Source of the DNA: an uncultured delta proteobacterium
Lineage (GTDB): Bacteria > Desulfobacterota > Binatia > UBA9968
Direction of reading: 5' to 3'
Assembly: GCA_963840855.1 (NCBI GenBank)
Contig: CAWJBB010000010.1
Span: 32,348 to 96,347 of the forward strand
DNA: 64,000 nucleotides
Part shown: one piece after another, positions 51,780-61,883 of the stretch
Layout of the letters: each line of letters opens with the position of its first letter
Position numbering within the stretch: position 1 is the stretch's first letter
Translations under genes and position numbers: made by a program
Notes under the pieces: model-generated
Told to the model about the DNA's origin: nothing
The model's input: only the letters and a program-made list of their open reading frames with translations
The model's database searches: none

Positions 51780-52361
51780 GTGAAAATCCCCCGCTCATTT
51801 TACCAGCAGCCAACCCTTGATGTCGCCCGGCAACTACTGGGCAAATATCTCGTGCGCGAACACCGGGACGGCACGACCATTGGCCGAATCGTCGAGACCG
51901 AAGCGTATATCGGCCCGCAAGACTTGGCGTGCCACGCGTCGAAGGGCCGCACCCGACGCACGGAAGTCATGTTTGGTCCGGCGGGACACGCCTATGTATA
52001 TTTCATCTACGGCTTTTACAACATGCTCAATCTGGTAACCGAGATTGTCGATTACCCTGCCGCGGTCTTAATCCGGGCGGTCGAACCGCTCGAGGGCATT
52101 GAACTGATGAAAGCCCGGCGGCGTTCTAATGCGTTGCGCGATTTGGCCAGCGGTCCGGGAAAACTCTGTCAGGCATTCGCTATCGATCGGTCTCTTAACG
52201 GTGCCGATTTGTGTGGCGCGGTAATCTATGTTCTTGATGGCGGCGAGCTGCTCCCCAAATTTTCTGCCCGACCTCGCATAGGAGTCGATTACGCCGGCGC
52301 ATGGAAGAAGAAACCGTTTCGCTTCCTGATTCGTGGCAACAAATTTGTTTCCAGGCCCTGA
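51780..52361 (+). CDS. DNA-3-methyladenine glycosylase (AAG/MPG family)
   Basis: VARQLLG, GRIVETEAY, AYVYFIYG, AVLIRAVEP, SGPGKLCQA, RIGV. Confidence 0.95.
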   Translation: MKIPRSFYQQPTLDVARQLLGKYLVREHRDGTTIGRIVETEAYIGPQDLACHASKGRTRRTEVMFGPAGHAYVYFIYGFYNMLNLVTEIVDYPAAVLIRAVEPLEGIELMKARRRSNALRDLASGPGKLCQAFAIDRSLNGADLCGAVIYVLDGGELLPKFSARPRIGVDYAGAWKKKPFRFLIRGNKFVSRP

Positions 52362-52652
52362 AAACAACTGCGCGCCGAACCATCGACTGCGCAATACCCT
52401 ACATAAAGTCATCGAACTAAAATTCGTTGAATGAATCGGATACCCGCTTTCGTCATTGCCACGGCACTCACGTTATAGACAAGCGGTCGAAACTGATTGT
52501 ACAGTGATCGCCATGGCAGCTAAAGACGACGGAATCCAAGATTTACGACCAATGCAAGAGGAGCAAAGTATAAATCAATGCTGTCCATACCATCCTTGCT
52601 TTAAAATAGAGGCGGTTATAGGTAGTCAACTATCGCCGCAAAGGGGAAAGTT

Positions 52653-53699
52653 ATGAAAATCATCGATGCGGATGCTCACGTAGTCGAGGCAGAACGGACC
52701 TGGGATTTTCTCGATGAAGCGGACAGGCAATTTGCCCCAAGGGTAATGATATTCAAAGATCGTGACGGCGCAGGCGCGAGCCAACGCAACAGTGATGAGT
52801 TCTGGAAGATTGGCGGCCGGGTTTTCGCCAAAGGACGAAACATCGGCCATGATACTTCGCGAGAAAGCCGCGAAATGGAAAACGTCAAAGCTCGTCTGGC
52901 TCACATGGATGAATTGGGCATCGATGTCCAGGTTCTCTATCCCAGCCTCTTTCTGCGCGCGTTGACCAATCTACCTCATGTCGACGCCGCACTATGTAAG
53001 AGCTATAACCGTTGGCTGGCCGAGATCTGGAAGTCGGGAAACAACCGGTTGCGCTGGGTCGTGATCCCGCCTCTTCATTCTATGGATCATGCGATCGAGG
53101 AGTTGAACATCGGCAAGGAAAACGGCGCTTGCGGGGTTTTCATCAGGGGCGTCGAAGGCGACAAACTGCCCACCGATCCCTATTTTTATCCCATCTATCA
53201 TGAAGCCAGTCGCCTTGGCATGCCCATCTGTATCCATGCGTCTGCCGGAAATCTGGAAATGTTTGATCTTTTTGGCCGGGGTGCCAGCCTGGGACAGTTC
53301 AAGTTTGGTCCGATTAATCTTTTCGGGAGTCTCATCACGTCAGAGCTTACGCGCAAGTTTCCCGAGCTAAGGTGGGGGTTTATCGAGGTCAGCGCCGAGT
53401 GGCTCCCGTACGTGATGAACCATTTGGAGATCGGCTATCAGAGGCATGGCAGGGAGTGGCCAGGAGCGAAGCTCTTACGCGAGAATCAAATTTATGTCGC
53501 GTGCCAAACGAGTGATGATTTGCCTTATATTCTGGATCACGTGGGAGATGAGAACCTTGTCTTGGGAACGGATTATGGCCACAACGATACTTCATCCGAA
53601 ATCAACGCTATGCGAAAGTTGAAAGCAGACGGCAATATTCCGGCAGCCTCAATCGACAAGATTTTAGGGACGAACGCTCAAGCTTTGTATAATCTGTGA
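52653..53699 (+). CDS. Amidohydrolase_2 family protein
   Basis: IDADAHVVE, GIDVQVLYP, YNRWLAE, PICIH, GTDYGHND. Confidence 0.9.
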   Translation: MKIIDADAHVVEAERTWDFLDEADRQFAPRVMIFKDRDGAGASQRNSDEFWKIGGRVFAKGRNIGHDTSRESREMENVKARLAHMDELGIDVQVLYPSLFLRALTNLPHVDAALCKSYNRWLAEIWKSGNNRLRWVVIPPLHSMDHAIEELNIGKENGACGVFIRGVEGDKLPTDPYFYPIYHEASRLGMPICIHASAGNLEMFDLFGRGASLGQFKFGPINLFGSLITSELTRKFPELRWGFIEVSAEWLPYVMNHLEIGYQRHGREWPGAKLLRENQIYVACQTSDDLPYILDHVGDENLVLGTDYGHNDTSSEINAMRKLKADGNIPAASIDKILGTNAQALYNL

Positions 53700-53728
53700 T
53701 CTCCAGTCTACTTGGTCTACGTTTTTCC

Positions 53729-54178
53729 TCAGCGCGCCACGACGGCACCGGTTGTCGCGTGTCGCTCCGTCAATTCGATGACGTAACCGTCGGGGTCTTT
53801 GATGAAAGCGTAGATGTCCTTGCCGCCGGGCCGGTTCGGTGCCGGACCGCTGATAAATTCCACCCCTTCGGCTTTGAGCTTTTCGCTGAGCTTGTAACAG
53901 TCCGACACGTAGAGCGCGACGTGGCCCGCCCACCGCGCCAAGGGCGCTTTTCCGCGAGTCTCGGTGGATTCGATGAGCTCGAGAGACGGTCCCTCGTCCT
54001 CATTGCCGTATCCTAAGTAGCGCACCCGCTCGTTTCTCGCCGGAACGTCTCTGATGCGCTGGACATCCATGCCGAGCATGCGCGTGTAGAAATCCACCGT
54101 GCGCTCCATGTCGCTCACCGGCAGCATGGTATGGCGGATTTTCAATGTGATGCCGTTAATGGTTTTCTGCGGAAGCAT
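53729..54178 (-). CDS. VOC family protein (glyoxalase I-like)
   Basis: RHTMLPVSD..FYT..LGM, LELI, GHVAL, FIKDPDGYVIEL. Confidence 0.9.
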   Translation of the reverse strand: MLPQKTINGITLKIRHTMLPVSDMERTVDFYTRMLGMDVQRIRDVPARNERVRYLGYGNEDEGPSLELIESTETRGKAPLARWAGHVALYVSDCYKLSEKLKAEGVEFISGPAPNRPGGKDIYAFIKDPDGYVIELTERHATTGAVVAR

Positions 54179-54352
54179 CGTTCCTCCGAATCTTTTGTTT
54201 CATGAAGAGAGTTCAAAACGTTCAAAAAGTTCAAGTCGTTCAAAACGTCTCAAGCGATTTGAACTGCGCTTCGGGATCTGCGATCGCCTTGACGTTTATC
54301 CTAGAAAATGCGGCAGGGTCAAGCTTGACGCGCAACCAAAGTCATCCAATTT

Positions 54353-54757
54353 TCAATCTACTTCGACCTGACCTGTGACACGCGCGCGGAATAGCGACCA
54401 GGATAGGCCAATGCCCAGAATAATCCCGATCACGATCAGGAAGATCCAGGAAAGCAGAGACGGACGATCAGGATTGAGAATTCCGTAGTCAGTGAGTACC
54501 CAAATCAGAGTGCCGAGCACGAGCGCGCTCAGGACAAGGCCGATGGCGCCCAGAGATACGAACGCTGTGCGAATGCAGACGACCCATCCGACCAGCAAGA
54601 CGGCTCCCGAGAGTGCTTTTACCGCGGTAATGGTCGCAAAGTCGCGCAACGCCCAATGATAGAAGGAGTAGCCGGTCGGGTTGTAACTCAACAAAACCAC
54701 CGCGAGCGCTCCGATCAAGCGGATTAGCACGCCGAACCACGAGATTCGCGTATTCAT
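54353..54757 (-). CDS. Small membrane protein (DUF6524-like)
   Basis: SYNPTGYSFYHW, GLSWS..R..TGQVEVD; four TM segments. Confidence 0.7.
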   Translation of the reverse strand: MNTRISWFGVLIRLIGALAVVLLSYNPTGYSFYHWALRDFATITAVKALSGAVLLVGWVVCIRTAFVSLGAIGLVLSALVLGTLIWVLTDYGILNPDRPSLLSWIFLIVIGIILGIGLSWSLFRARVTGQVEVD

Positions 54758-54899
54758 AGGCAGAGTCCTTTTTGCCGTGAAACTTGGAACTCACCTTCTT
54801 GTATTGCAACAATATCCGATTGCAAGAGCCGCGCTCTCATAAATTCTGACCGCAAGGCCGCGGCCGGTAGCATCAATACGCTTCATGCAATAACCAATT

Positions 54900-55345
54900 T
54901 CGAGATCGGCCGCCGCATCGTGGAATACGAGCAGCAGGGTCGATACCGCGCCGCCTACGGCAAGGAAACCTTGGTGCACCTGTCCGCGAGCCTCACCGCC
55001 GAGTTCGGGCGTGGCTTCTCCCGAGCGAACCTTGAATACATGCGGAAATTCTACGTCCTGTGGCAGGATCGCGCCGTTCAGATTTCCCAGAAGCCTTCCG
55101 AGAAATTGCCGGTCGCTAGGATTCGCCAGACAGCTTCTGGCAAATCGCCTGCTGCAATTGCGAAGAAGCCCTGCGCAATTGTCATCGCCGCCGCCGTCAC
55201 CCTTCACTCTCAGTGGGTCCACTACGTCTTGCTCCTCACGATCAAAAAATCCCGAAGGCCGCCAATATCTGCGCCTCCCAATACCAGCTCTATCTGCCTT
55301 CCAAAGAAGACTTGAAACAGCGCCTGATGGAGTGGACCGAGGAGG
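54900..55345 (+). pseudogene. DUF1016/YhcG-like remnant, internally deleted and frameshifted
   Basis: VEYEQQG..RAAYG..L..LS..LTAEFGRGFSRANLEYMRKFY; short C-terminal YQLYLP in another frame. Confidence 0.7.
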
Positions 55346-55351
55346 TCGGCA

Positions 55352-55858
55352 ATGCGTGCTAACCAACTCCTCTATCACTTCGACCAAATCAGCGACGCCC
55401 CCGACGCCATCCCGCGCCTGCGACGTTTTATCCTCGACCTGGCGGTGCGCGGGAAACTGGTTGAGCAAGATCTGAACTATGAGCCAGCGTCGGAACTGCT
55501 TAAGCGAATCGACACCAAGAGGGCGTGGGTCGCGAAAGAAGAGAAGATTAAGAACATGGGGTTGATCGCGCCTGGTTCGACAGATGAGGTCTGGTCGGTT
55601 CCTAATACTTGGGTGTTCTTTTCACTAGAAGTCCTTGCAATGCCAGATGGATTGTTTACGGATGGCGACTGGGTTGATCGAAGGATCAAGATCCGAAACG
55701 CGATGGTGCATAGTTTGTCCGAATTTTTGGGACAGCTTGCACCAAAATTTAAAGGCAGCCTTCCGGGGAGTGCCGCGGACAAATCAATTCTCGCGCAGGC
55801 TGTGCGAGAATTGATACCAACGAGTCGCTGGGGGCACCACATAAAACTGCGAATATAG
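55352..55858 (+). pseudogene. Type I restriction specificity subunit (HsdS) N-terminal remnant fused to another DUF1016-like fragment
   Basis: LRRFILDLAVRGKLVEQD..EPASELLKRI..VPNTW (HsdS conserved region); later ILAQAVREL..WGHHI. Confidence 0.7.
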
Positions 55859-55942
55859 AACCATTCAAGTCCATCTTCCGGACGATGACTTGCTGGAACT
55901 GGAGGCTGCCTGTGTTCCTATGATAAGCTTACACGGAAAGCT

Positions 55943-56440
55943 ATGAAACGGACCTTGCAGGTTCTGAACGAACTGGAACGCGACGGCGTGATCGAGCGTT
56001 ACGCGATTGGGGGCGCAATGGGTGCGACCTTTTACGTCGAACCGCTGCTAACCTTCGACCTGGATGTATTCGTGATTCTGCCGCAGGGCGAATCCGGCTT
56101 GCTGTCGCTGAGCCCGCTATATGAAGCGCTACGCGCGCGTGGTTATACCGAAGACGGCGAGTGCGTACTCATAGAGAATGTGCCGGTGCAGTTTCTTCCC
56201 GCTTATAACGCCTTGCTGGAAGAGGCGCTAAGGGAGGCGCGTGACACTTCTTACGAGGACGTGCCGACCAGAGTGGCGCGGGCGGAACATCTTGTTGCTA
56301 TTTGTTTGCAAACCGGCCGGGATAAAGACCGGGAACGCGTGCGTGTCTTTCGTGAGCAGGCGGAACTAGATATGCGCTTTCTGGCCGGCGTGCTCCAGCT
56401 CCACGGCCTCGAAGGGAAATGGAAGCAATGGACACCATAG
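55943..56440 (+). CDS. Putative minimal nucleotidyltransferase-fold protein
   Basis: YAIGGAMG..Y.EP..TFDLDV (GG...DxD), EHL...GR.KD. Confidence 0.7.
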   Translation: MKRTLQVLNELERDGVIERYAIGGAMGATFYVEPLLTFDLDVFVILPQGESGLLSLSPLYEALRARGYTEDGECVLIENVPVQFLPAYNALLEEALREARDTSYEDVPTRVARAEHLVAICLQTGRDKDRERVRVFREQAELDMRFLAGVLQLHGLEGKWKQWTP

Positions 56441-56616
56441 AACCGGAAATCGCCAGGCTTTTCGCCGCTAAGGAAGCGCGGCGCCGCAAGTTGGCGAGGT
56501 TACCGTTCCCGGAAAAAGTCCGCGCTGTGGTACGGCTGCAAGAGATGGTTGCCCCGGTGTTGCGCGCGCGAGGTCGAAAAGTGCGCGTATGGAAGCTCGA
56601 CGACCGCGTCCCGTAA
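56428..56616 (+). CDS. Small basic helical protein overlapping the nucleotidyltransferase gene
   Basis: MDTIEPEIARLFAAKEARRRKLARLPFPEKVRAVVRLQ; overlap suggests translational coupling. Confidence 0.6.
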   Translation: MDTIEPEIARLFAAKEARRRKLARLPFPEKVRAVVRLQEMVAPVLRARGRKVRVWKLDDRVP

Positions 56617-56619
56617 TTC

Positions 56620-56815
56620 ATGCCCGCGCCCGTATCCTCGCTTACGCGCAGGAAATCGAGTGGACGTACGTACCTCGCGATGAGGCGAAAAGACAGACGT
56701 GGGTTTACCCCTCACCTGCCCGTCTCCCCGAGGACGGGGCGAGGGAAATTGGAGAAAAGAGCGCAGAAAGCGTCACTGTTCTTCGGCAATCTGCTGTATT
56801 CGCAGGTTTGAACCT
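56620..56815 (+). pseudogene. Type I restriction HsdR N-terminal remnant
   Basis: ARILAYAQEIEWTYVPRDEA ... SLFFGNLLYSQV across a frameshift. Confidence 0.55.
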
Positions 56816-56867
56816 TAATGGTCTGGACTTGAAAAGCCAATGTCGAGTTACGAAAAAGGACAAGGAC

Positions 56868-57721
56868 TCAAGATAGGGCTTTGATGAAGGCCCGTTTGAG
56901 GAAAACCGCGATCAAGTGGCGTTTATACTCCGCGCTGCCTTCGAGATCGTCAACGGGGTCGGCGGCATCGGCAAGGGCTTGAGCGGCATCGGCCAATTGT
57001 TTTTCCGCCTGTGCTTTCGATCCCGCGAGTAGCCCGTTGGTTTTGTCGGACTGGGTTGGCACAGCGCTCACGCTGCCGACGACGGCGGAGGCTTTCTTGA
57101 TGCTATCACCATCTAAATCGAGGACGAGGGCAAGCCCCAGAGTCGGACGTTCTTTGAGCTGAAATTTTAAATAGCTGGCGCGCTGCGATTTCGCCAAGAC
57201 TGGAATCTCAACGCCGGTCATGATCTCGTCCGGCGCCAGGGATGTCTCGTAGGCGCCGGTGATAAGTCTGTCAATGGTTACAGCGCGAGCGGCGGCCTTG
57301 CCCTGCACGTTCACCTTGGCGCCGAGCGCCAACAGCAACGTCGCGGGGTCGGAATGAGGTTCTGCGAAGCAGAGGTTGCCGCCCAGAGTGCCGCTGGCGC
57401 GGACGCGCACGTTGGCGACCTGGTTTCCATCTCCGCAAGGACCGGCAAATTTTGTTTTACCACTGCCGAGTGTTCGATGGCCCGGTGCGTCGCGGTGCCG
57501 CCGATCATCACGGCGCCGTTTTTGAGTTCGATCCTGTTCAGACCGGCGATGGTCTTGACGTCGACCAGATGCTCGTAGCGCAGCAGGTCATGCTTCATGG
57601 CGAGCAGCAATTCCGTTCCGCCCGCGTAGAGGCGTCCTTTCTCGCCGAACTCGGCGAGCATTTGCGACGCTTCGGCCGGAGTTTTCGGTTGGTGAATGGT
57701 GAAACGTCTTAAGGGCATCAT
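56868..57721 (-). CDS. Xanthine dehydrogenase/CoxM-family FAD-binding subunit; frameshift near 57420
   Basis: AGGTELL, VR..GTLGGNLCFAEPHSD, DLEGSAEYKRHL. Confidence 0.9.
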
Positions 57722-57805
57722 AACTTTGGTCCGTTCAAAGTGTTCAAGAGTTCAAGGTTCAACGTTCGACAAATTCCGGAATTCTGTTCCTTGAACTCTT
57801 CAACC

Positions 57806-60091
57806 TTAAACATTAACTATCTTTTCCTTCAGGGCGCGCCAGACGCGTTCGGGCGTGAGCGGCGCCTGGCGAATGCGCACGCCGACGGCGCGGTCAACCG
57901 CGTTGGCGATGTTGGCGGCCATGGAGTTCAGCGACGCCTCGCCGCCGCCCTTGGCGCCGTAGGGACCGACGCCGTCTTGATTTTGCACCAGGTGCAATTC
58001 TACCTCTTTGGGGAGATCGGAAAATCTTGGCAACCGATAGTCGAGAATCGACCCGTTGACCAACTGTGAACCTTCGTAGACGAGTTCTTCGAAAAGCCCA
58101 ATGCCCATCCCCATGGTCGCAGCGCCGATGTCCTGGCCTTCGGCAAGCGCCGGGTTGATCGCGAGGCCGACGTCGCCGACAGTGGCTAATTTTTCCATGG
58201 TGATCTTGCCGGTTTCCTCGTCGACGGAAATTTCACAAGCCGTGGCGGCGGTTTCCCAAAAGACCGGCAATTTAGCAAACCTGCCAGCTTTTCGAATATA
58301 GGCGCGGCCGATCACTTCGCCGTCGGGGAGCGCGTAATACTTGCTAATGACCTCCGACCAATTGAGATGCGCTTCGCCGCAGCGCACACCACCTCGGACG
58401 ACCTGAATCTCATCAACCTTCACTTTCAGAACATCGGCTGCCATCACCACCATCTGCTGGATGGCGTCCCGGCTGGCATCGATGATCGCGCTCCCCATCA
58501 AGGTGGTAGTTCGGCTCGCGCCGGTGGAACGGTCGTAGGGAGTGATCGCCGTATCGGAGGAGACGACGCGGACTTTGTCGACTGGGATGCCGAGCTCTTC
58601 GGCGGCGATTTGCGGTAAAATCGTGTGGCTGCCCTGTCCTAACTCCGTGCTGCCCGTCATGATCGTTACCGAACCGTCGGCGTGCACCCGAATCGCGGTG
58701 GAGGTCAGCGGATAAGCGCCGGCGTCGCTGCCGGACACAGCAACGGTCCGGCCATGGCCTTTCGGCAACGGTTTGCCCCAGCCGATCGCTTTCGCGGCGG
58801 TGTCCAAATCTTGTTTCAAAGTGCCGTCGAACGGGCGCATGCCGGGGAAAAACTCTTCGCCAGGTTTGGCCGCGTTGGCGAGGCGAAATTCGTAAGGGTC
58901 TTTGCCGATCTTTGCCGCCAGCTCGTCGATCTGCGACTCCCCGGGCAAGGTCACCTGCGCGCAGCCGAAGCCGCGGTAGGAACTCGCCGGCACGGTGTTG
59001 GTGTAGAGCGACATGTTTTCAATCAACACATTGGGAATCGCATAGGGACCGACGCAACGATTGGTCGACTTCTCGACGACCAGCGGGCTGTTTTCGGCAT
59101 AGGCGCCGGTGTTCATCATAATTTTCGCCTGGCGGGCGATGATCTTGCCGTTGGCGTCCACCGCGGTGCGCATCCAGGTGTAAGCGTCGTCGCTCCTTGT
59201 GGTGAGCATCGCTTCTTCGATAGTGAGCTGCAGTTTCACCGGCCGTTTGGCTTTCCAGGCGCAGGCCGCCACCAGCGGTTCGATCTTGGTGTATGATTTG
59301 CTGCCATAGCCGCCGCCAACGAAGGGCACGATCAAACGAACGGAGCTGACGGGTAGATTGAAGATCGATTTTAAATCATGGCGCACCATGAACGGGTGCT
59401 GCGCCGACGAATAGATCGTCACATCCTGAGGGTTGACCTCGGCGATGGCAACGTAGGCCTCCATCGCGTAGGCGTAGGTCATCGGGAAATAATAATCGCC
59501 CTCGATGACCGCCGCGGCGTTCTTAAATGCTTCCTCGACGTCGCCCCATTTGATTTGATGCTTCTGGCAGATATTGGTGCCTTTTCCGGCGGTAACCTCG
59601 CCTTCGAAACCGCGCAGCGCGCCGGCCTCGAACTGTCTCTGGTGTAACAACGGGGCATCGGGAGCCAGCGCTTCTTGCGGCGTGAAGATGGCTTTGAGTT
59701 CTTCATATTGAACGTCGATGAACTCCAAAGCCTCGAACGCCGTCCGCTCGTCGACCGCGACTACGGCGGCCACCGGCTCGCCGGCATAGCGAACTTTGTC
59801 GATAGCGAGGAGCGGATGGTCCTTTACCGCGTGACCGTAGTAAGGATTCAGCCCATCGAGATCATATCCGGTCACTACACAGTAGACGCCCGGGTGGGAT
59901 TCCGCTTTGGACTTGTCGATGGAGATAATTTTTGCGTGGGCGTAGGGGCTGCGCAAAACCTTGGCGTAGGCCATGCCGATGAGCTTGAGATCGCTCACAT
60001 AGGCGGCTTTTCCCGTGACTTTGACCCGGCCATCGCGGCGGGGTATCGAATGGTTGACGACTTGAAAATCGGTTTTCTTTTCCGCGCTCAC
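57806..60091 (-). CDS. Xanthine dehydrogenase-family molybdopterin-binding subunit
   Basis: KVTGKAAY, RSPYAHA, GGGYGSK, YRGFG, ELGQG, GAKGGGE; lacks the CO dehydrogenase AYXCSFR motif. Confidence 0.93.
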   Translation of the reverse strand: MSAEKKTDFQVVNHSIPRRDGRVKVTGKAAYVSDLKLIGMAYAKVLRSPYAHAKIISIDKSKAESHPGVYCVVTGYDLDGLNPYYGHAVKDHPLLAIDKVRYAGEPVAAVVAVDERTAFEALEFIDVQYEELKAIFTPQEALAPDAPLLHQRQFEAGALRGFEGEVTAGKGTNICQKHQIKWGDVEEAFKNAAAVIEGDYYFPMTYAYAMEAYVAIAEVNPQDVTIYSSAQHPFMVRHDLKSIFNLPVSSVRLIVPFVGGGYGSKSYTKIEPLVAACAWKAKRPVKLQLTIEEAMLTTRSDDAYTWMRTAVDANGKIIARQAKIMMNTGAYAENSPLVVEKSTNRCVGPYAIPNVLIENMSLYTNTVPASSYRGFGCAQVTLPGESQIDELAAKIGKDPYEFRLANAAKPGEEFFPGMRPFDGTLKQDLDTAAKAIGWGKPLPKGHGRTVAVSGSDAGAYPLTSTAIRVHADGSVTIMTGSTELGQGSHTILPQIAAEELGIPVDKVRVVSSDTAITPYDRSTGASRTTTLMGSAIIDASRDAIQQMVVMAADVLKVKVDEIQVVRGGVRCGEAHLNWSEVISKYYALPDGEVIGRAYIRKAGRFAKLPVFWETAATACEISVDEETGKITMEKLATVGDVGLAINPALAEGQDIGAATMGMGIGLFEELVYEGSQLVNGSILDYRLPRFSDLPKEVELHLVQNQDGVGPYGAKGGGEASLNSMAANIANAVDRAVGVRIRQAPLTPERVWRALKEKIVNV

Positions 60092-60567
60092 TTTTTGCTC
60101 TCCTTGGCCATTGCCTCGGACGCGCGCTGAATCGCCGCGACAATCGGCACGTAGCCGGTGCAGCGGCAGATATTACCGTCCATATAGTGAATGATTTCGT
60201 CCCGGGTCGGCCTCGGGTTTTCGTCCAGCAAAGATTTGGCGGACATGATCATGCCCGGCGTGCAATAGCCGCATTGAAAAGCGAATTCGTCGATGAAGGC
60301 CTGCTGCAAAGGATGCAGCGAACCATCGGCATTTTCCAAGCCCTCGATGGTCGTGACGCTCTTGCCCCGCGCTTCGTAAGCCAGATACGTACAGGCGCTC
60401 ACCGGAAGATTTTCCACCAGGACCGTGCAGGCGCCGCAGACCTGAACCTCGCAGGAAACTTTGGTGCCGTTCAAGTTCAATTGGTTGCGCAACACTTCGG
60501 CAAGGGTATCCGCCGGCTCGCAGTCAATTTCAATTGCGCGCCCGTTCAAGGTGAATTGGAGGTTCAA
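60088..60567 (-). CDS. (2Fe-2S)-binding subunit (CoxS/XdhC-like)
   Basis: CEVQVCGACTV..SAC, QCGYCTPG, NICRCTGY. Confidence 0.95.
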   Translation of the reverse strand: MNLQFTLNGRAIEIDCEPADTLAEVLRNQLNLNGTKVSCEVQVCGACTVLVENLPVSACTYLAYEARGKSVTTIEGLENADGSLHPLQQAFIDEFAFQCGYCTPGMIMSAKSLLDENPRPTRDEIIHYMDGNICRCTGYVPIVAAIQRASEAMAKESKK

Positions 60568-60651
60568 GAAATTCTCCCTGCAAAAGTCTCTAGTTCCTGG
60601 TTTCTGGTTATCGGAAAACTAGGAACTAGAAACCGAAACTAGAAACTTATC

Positions 60652-61677
60652 TTAGTTGTAATGCGGCAAGATCGATTCCGCCCAGAGCGTCATCTGCCGG
60701 TCCAGGCTGTCCATGGTCGGATAGATGATCTTAAGCTCGAAATGCTGCACGCCGTTTTCGATGAATTCATCGACGCGCCGGCGCACGTCGTCCACCGAAC
60801 CGAAGATGTGGCGGTCGAGGGCGAACTGCATGCTGTCGATGTCGCGCTCATAACTTTCGCTGCTGGTCTTGAGGGTCGGCATGGCAAGGTTGAGCCCTTC
60901 GTCGCGGGTCTTGGCGATGGTCGCCAATTTTTCGACGGCGATGGTGATTTTCTTCGGGTCGCGGCCGTTCTCTTCAGCCGTCTTCGCGAGAATATCGCAG
61001 CCGACTTTCATTTCCTTGGGTGATAGCCAGCCGGGAATCCAGCCTTCGCCGTATTTGCCCGCGCGTTTCGCGGCGAGCTTCATCCAGCCGCCGACCCAAA
61101 CCGGCGGGTGCGGTTTCTGCACCGGTTTCGGATAGACTTCGGCGTTTTTGAACTCGATAAAATCGCCTTTATAGGACGCGATTTGCTGGGTCCAAATCGC
61201 TTTCATCGCTTGGATATATTCATCGGCGCGATCGCCGCGCCGTTCGTAAGGCACGCCAAACACGCCAAATTCGTCGGACTCGCGGGTGGCCTTGGAGCCG
61301 AGGCCGACGCCTACCAGCAGGCGGCCGTTGGCGAGGTGGTCTAATGTCGAGTACTGCTTGGCCGCGTAAACCGGGTTGCGGCAAGGCATAACCAAACACG
61401 CCACGCCTAAAGTAATTTGCTTGGTCTCGGCTGCAAGGTAGGACAATATGGTGGTGGCTTCGTAGAAGTTGGCCTCCTGCGCATCGGTTATCGCTTCGAA
61501 GGCGCCCGAAGAAATATGATGCCGGTGCATCTCGGTGCTCCAGACCACGTGGTCATGAACCCAGACCGCGTCGAAGCCCAATTCTTCGGCTTTCTTGGTC
61601 GCTTTGACGATATTCTCGATGCTCGAAAGCGGGCCGGAATTCGGCACCCGCACGCCAAAGGAAATATTGTGCTGCAT
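60652..61677 (-). CDS. LLM-class flavin/F420-dependent oxidoreductase
   Basis: AEELGFDAVWVHDH, LDHLANGRLLVGVG, PKPVQKPHPPVWVGG. Confidence 0.9.
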   Translation of the reverse strand: MQHNISFGVRVPNSGPLSSIENIVKATKKAEELGFDAVWVHDHVVWSTEMHRHHISSGAFEAITDAQEANFYEATTILSYLAAETKQITLGVACLVMPCRNPVYAAKQYSTLDHLANGRLLVGVGLGSKATRESDEFGVFGVPYERRGDRADEYIQAMKAIWTQQIASYKGDFIEFKNAEVYPKPVQKPHPPVWVGGWMKLAAKRAGKYGEGWIPGWLSPKEMKVGCDILAKTAEENGRDPKKITIAVEKLATIAKTRDEGLNLAMPTLKTSSESYERDIDSMQFALDRHIFGSVDDVRRRVDEFIENGVQHFELKIIYPTMDSLDRQMTLWAESILPHYN

Positions 61678-61883
61678 TTAAGCTCCTAGATTCTTACCTT
61701 TGTATTGTTAAACAGAACGAGTTTAAGAATGTTCATCGCGCCAACTTCCTAGACGCCAAGCACGCAAAGAAAGATTTTTACCTATTTCTCCGAAACCTTG
61801 GCGCCTTTGCGTCTTTGCGCGAGGCATCTTTTTCCGATTTCTCAATTCATCAAAATTTAGCTGAGAATTTGAAATATGCTTGC

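Noticed and set aside
52362-52652. AT-richer spacer with a 66-aa ORF as possible sRNA or peptide
   Set aside because: No convincing RBS, motif or stable structure visible.
57806-60091. Aerobic CO dehydrogenase (coxL)
   Set aside because: The active-site loop is SYRGFG, not AYXCSFR or AYRGAGR, and the gene order is not form I coxMSL.
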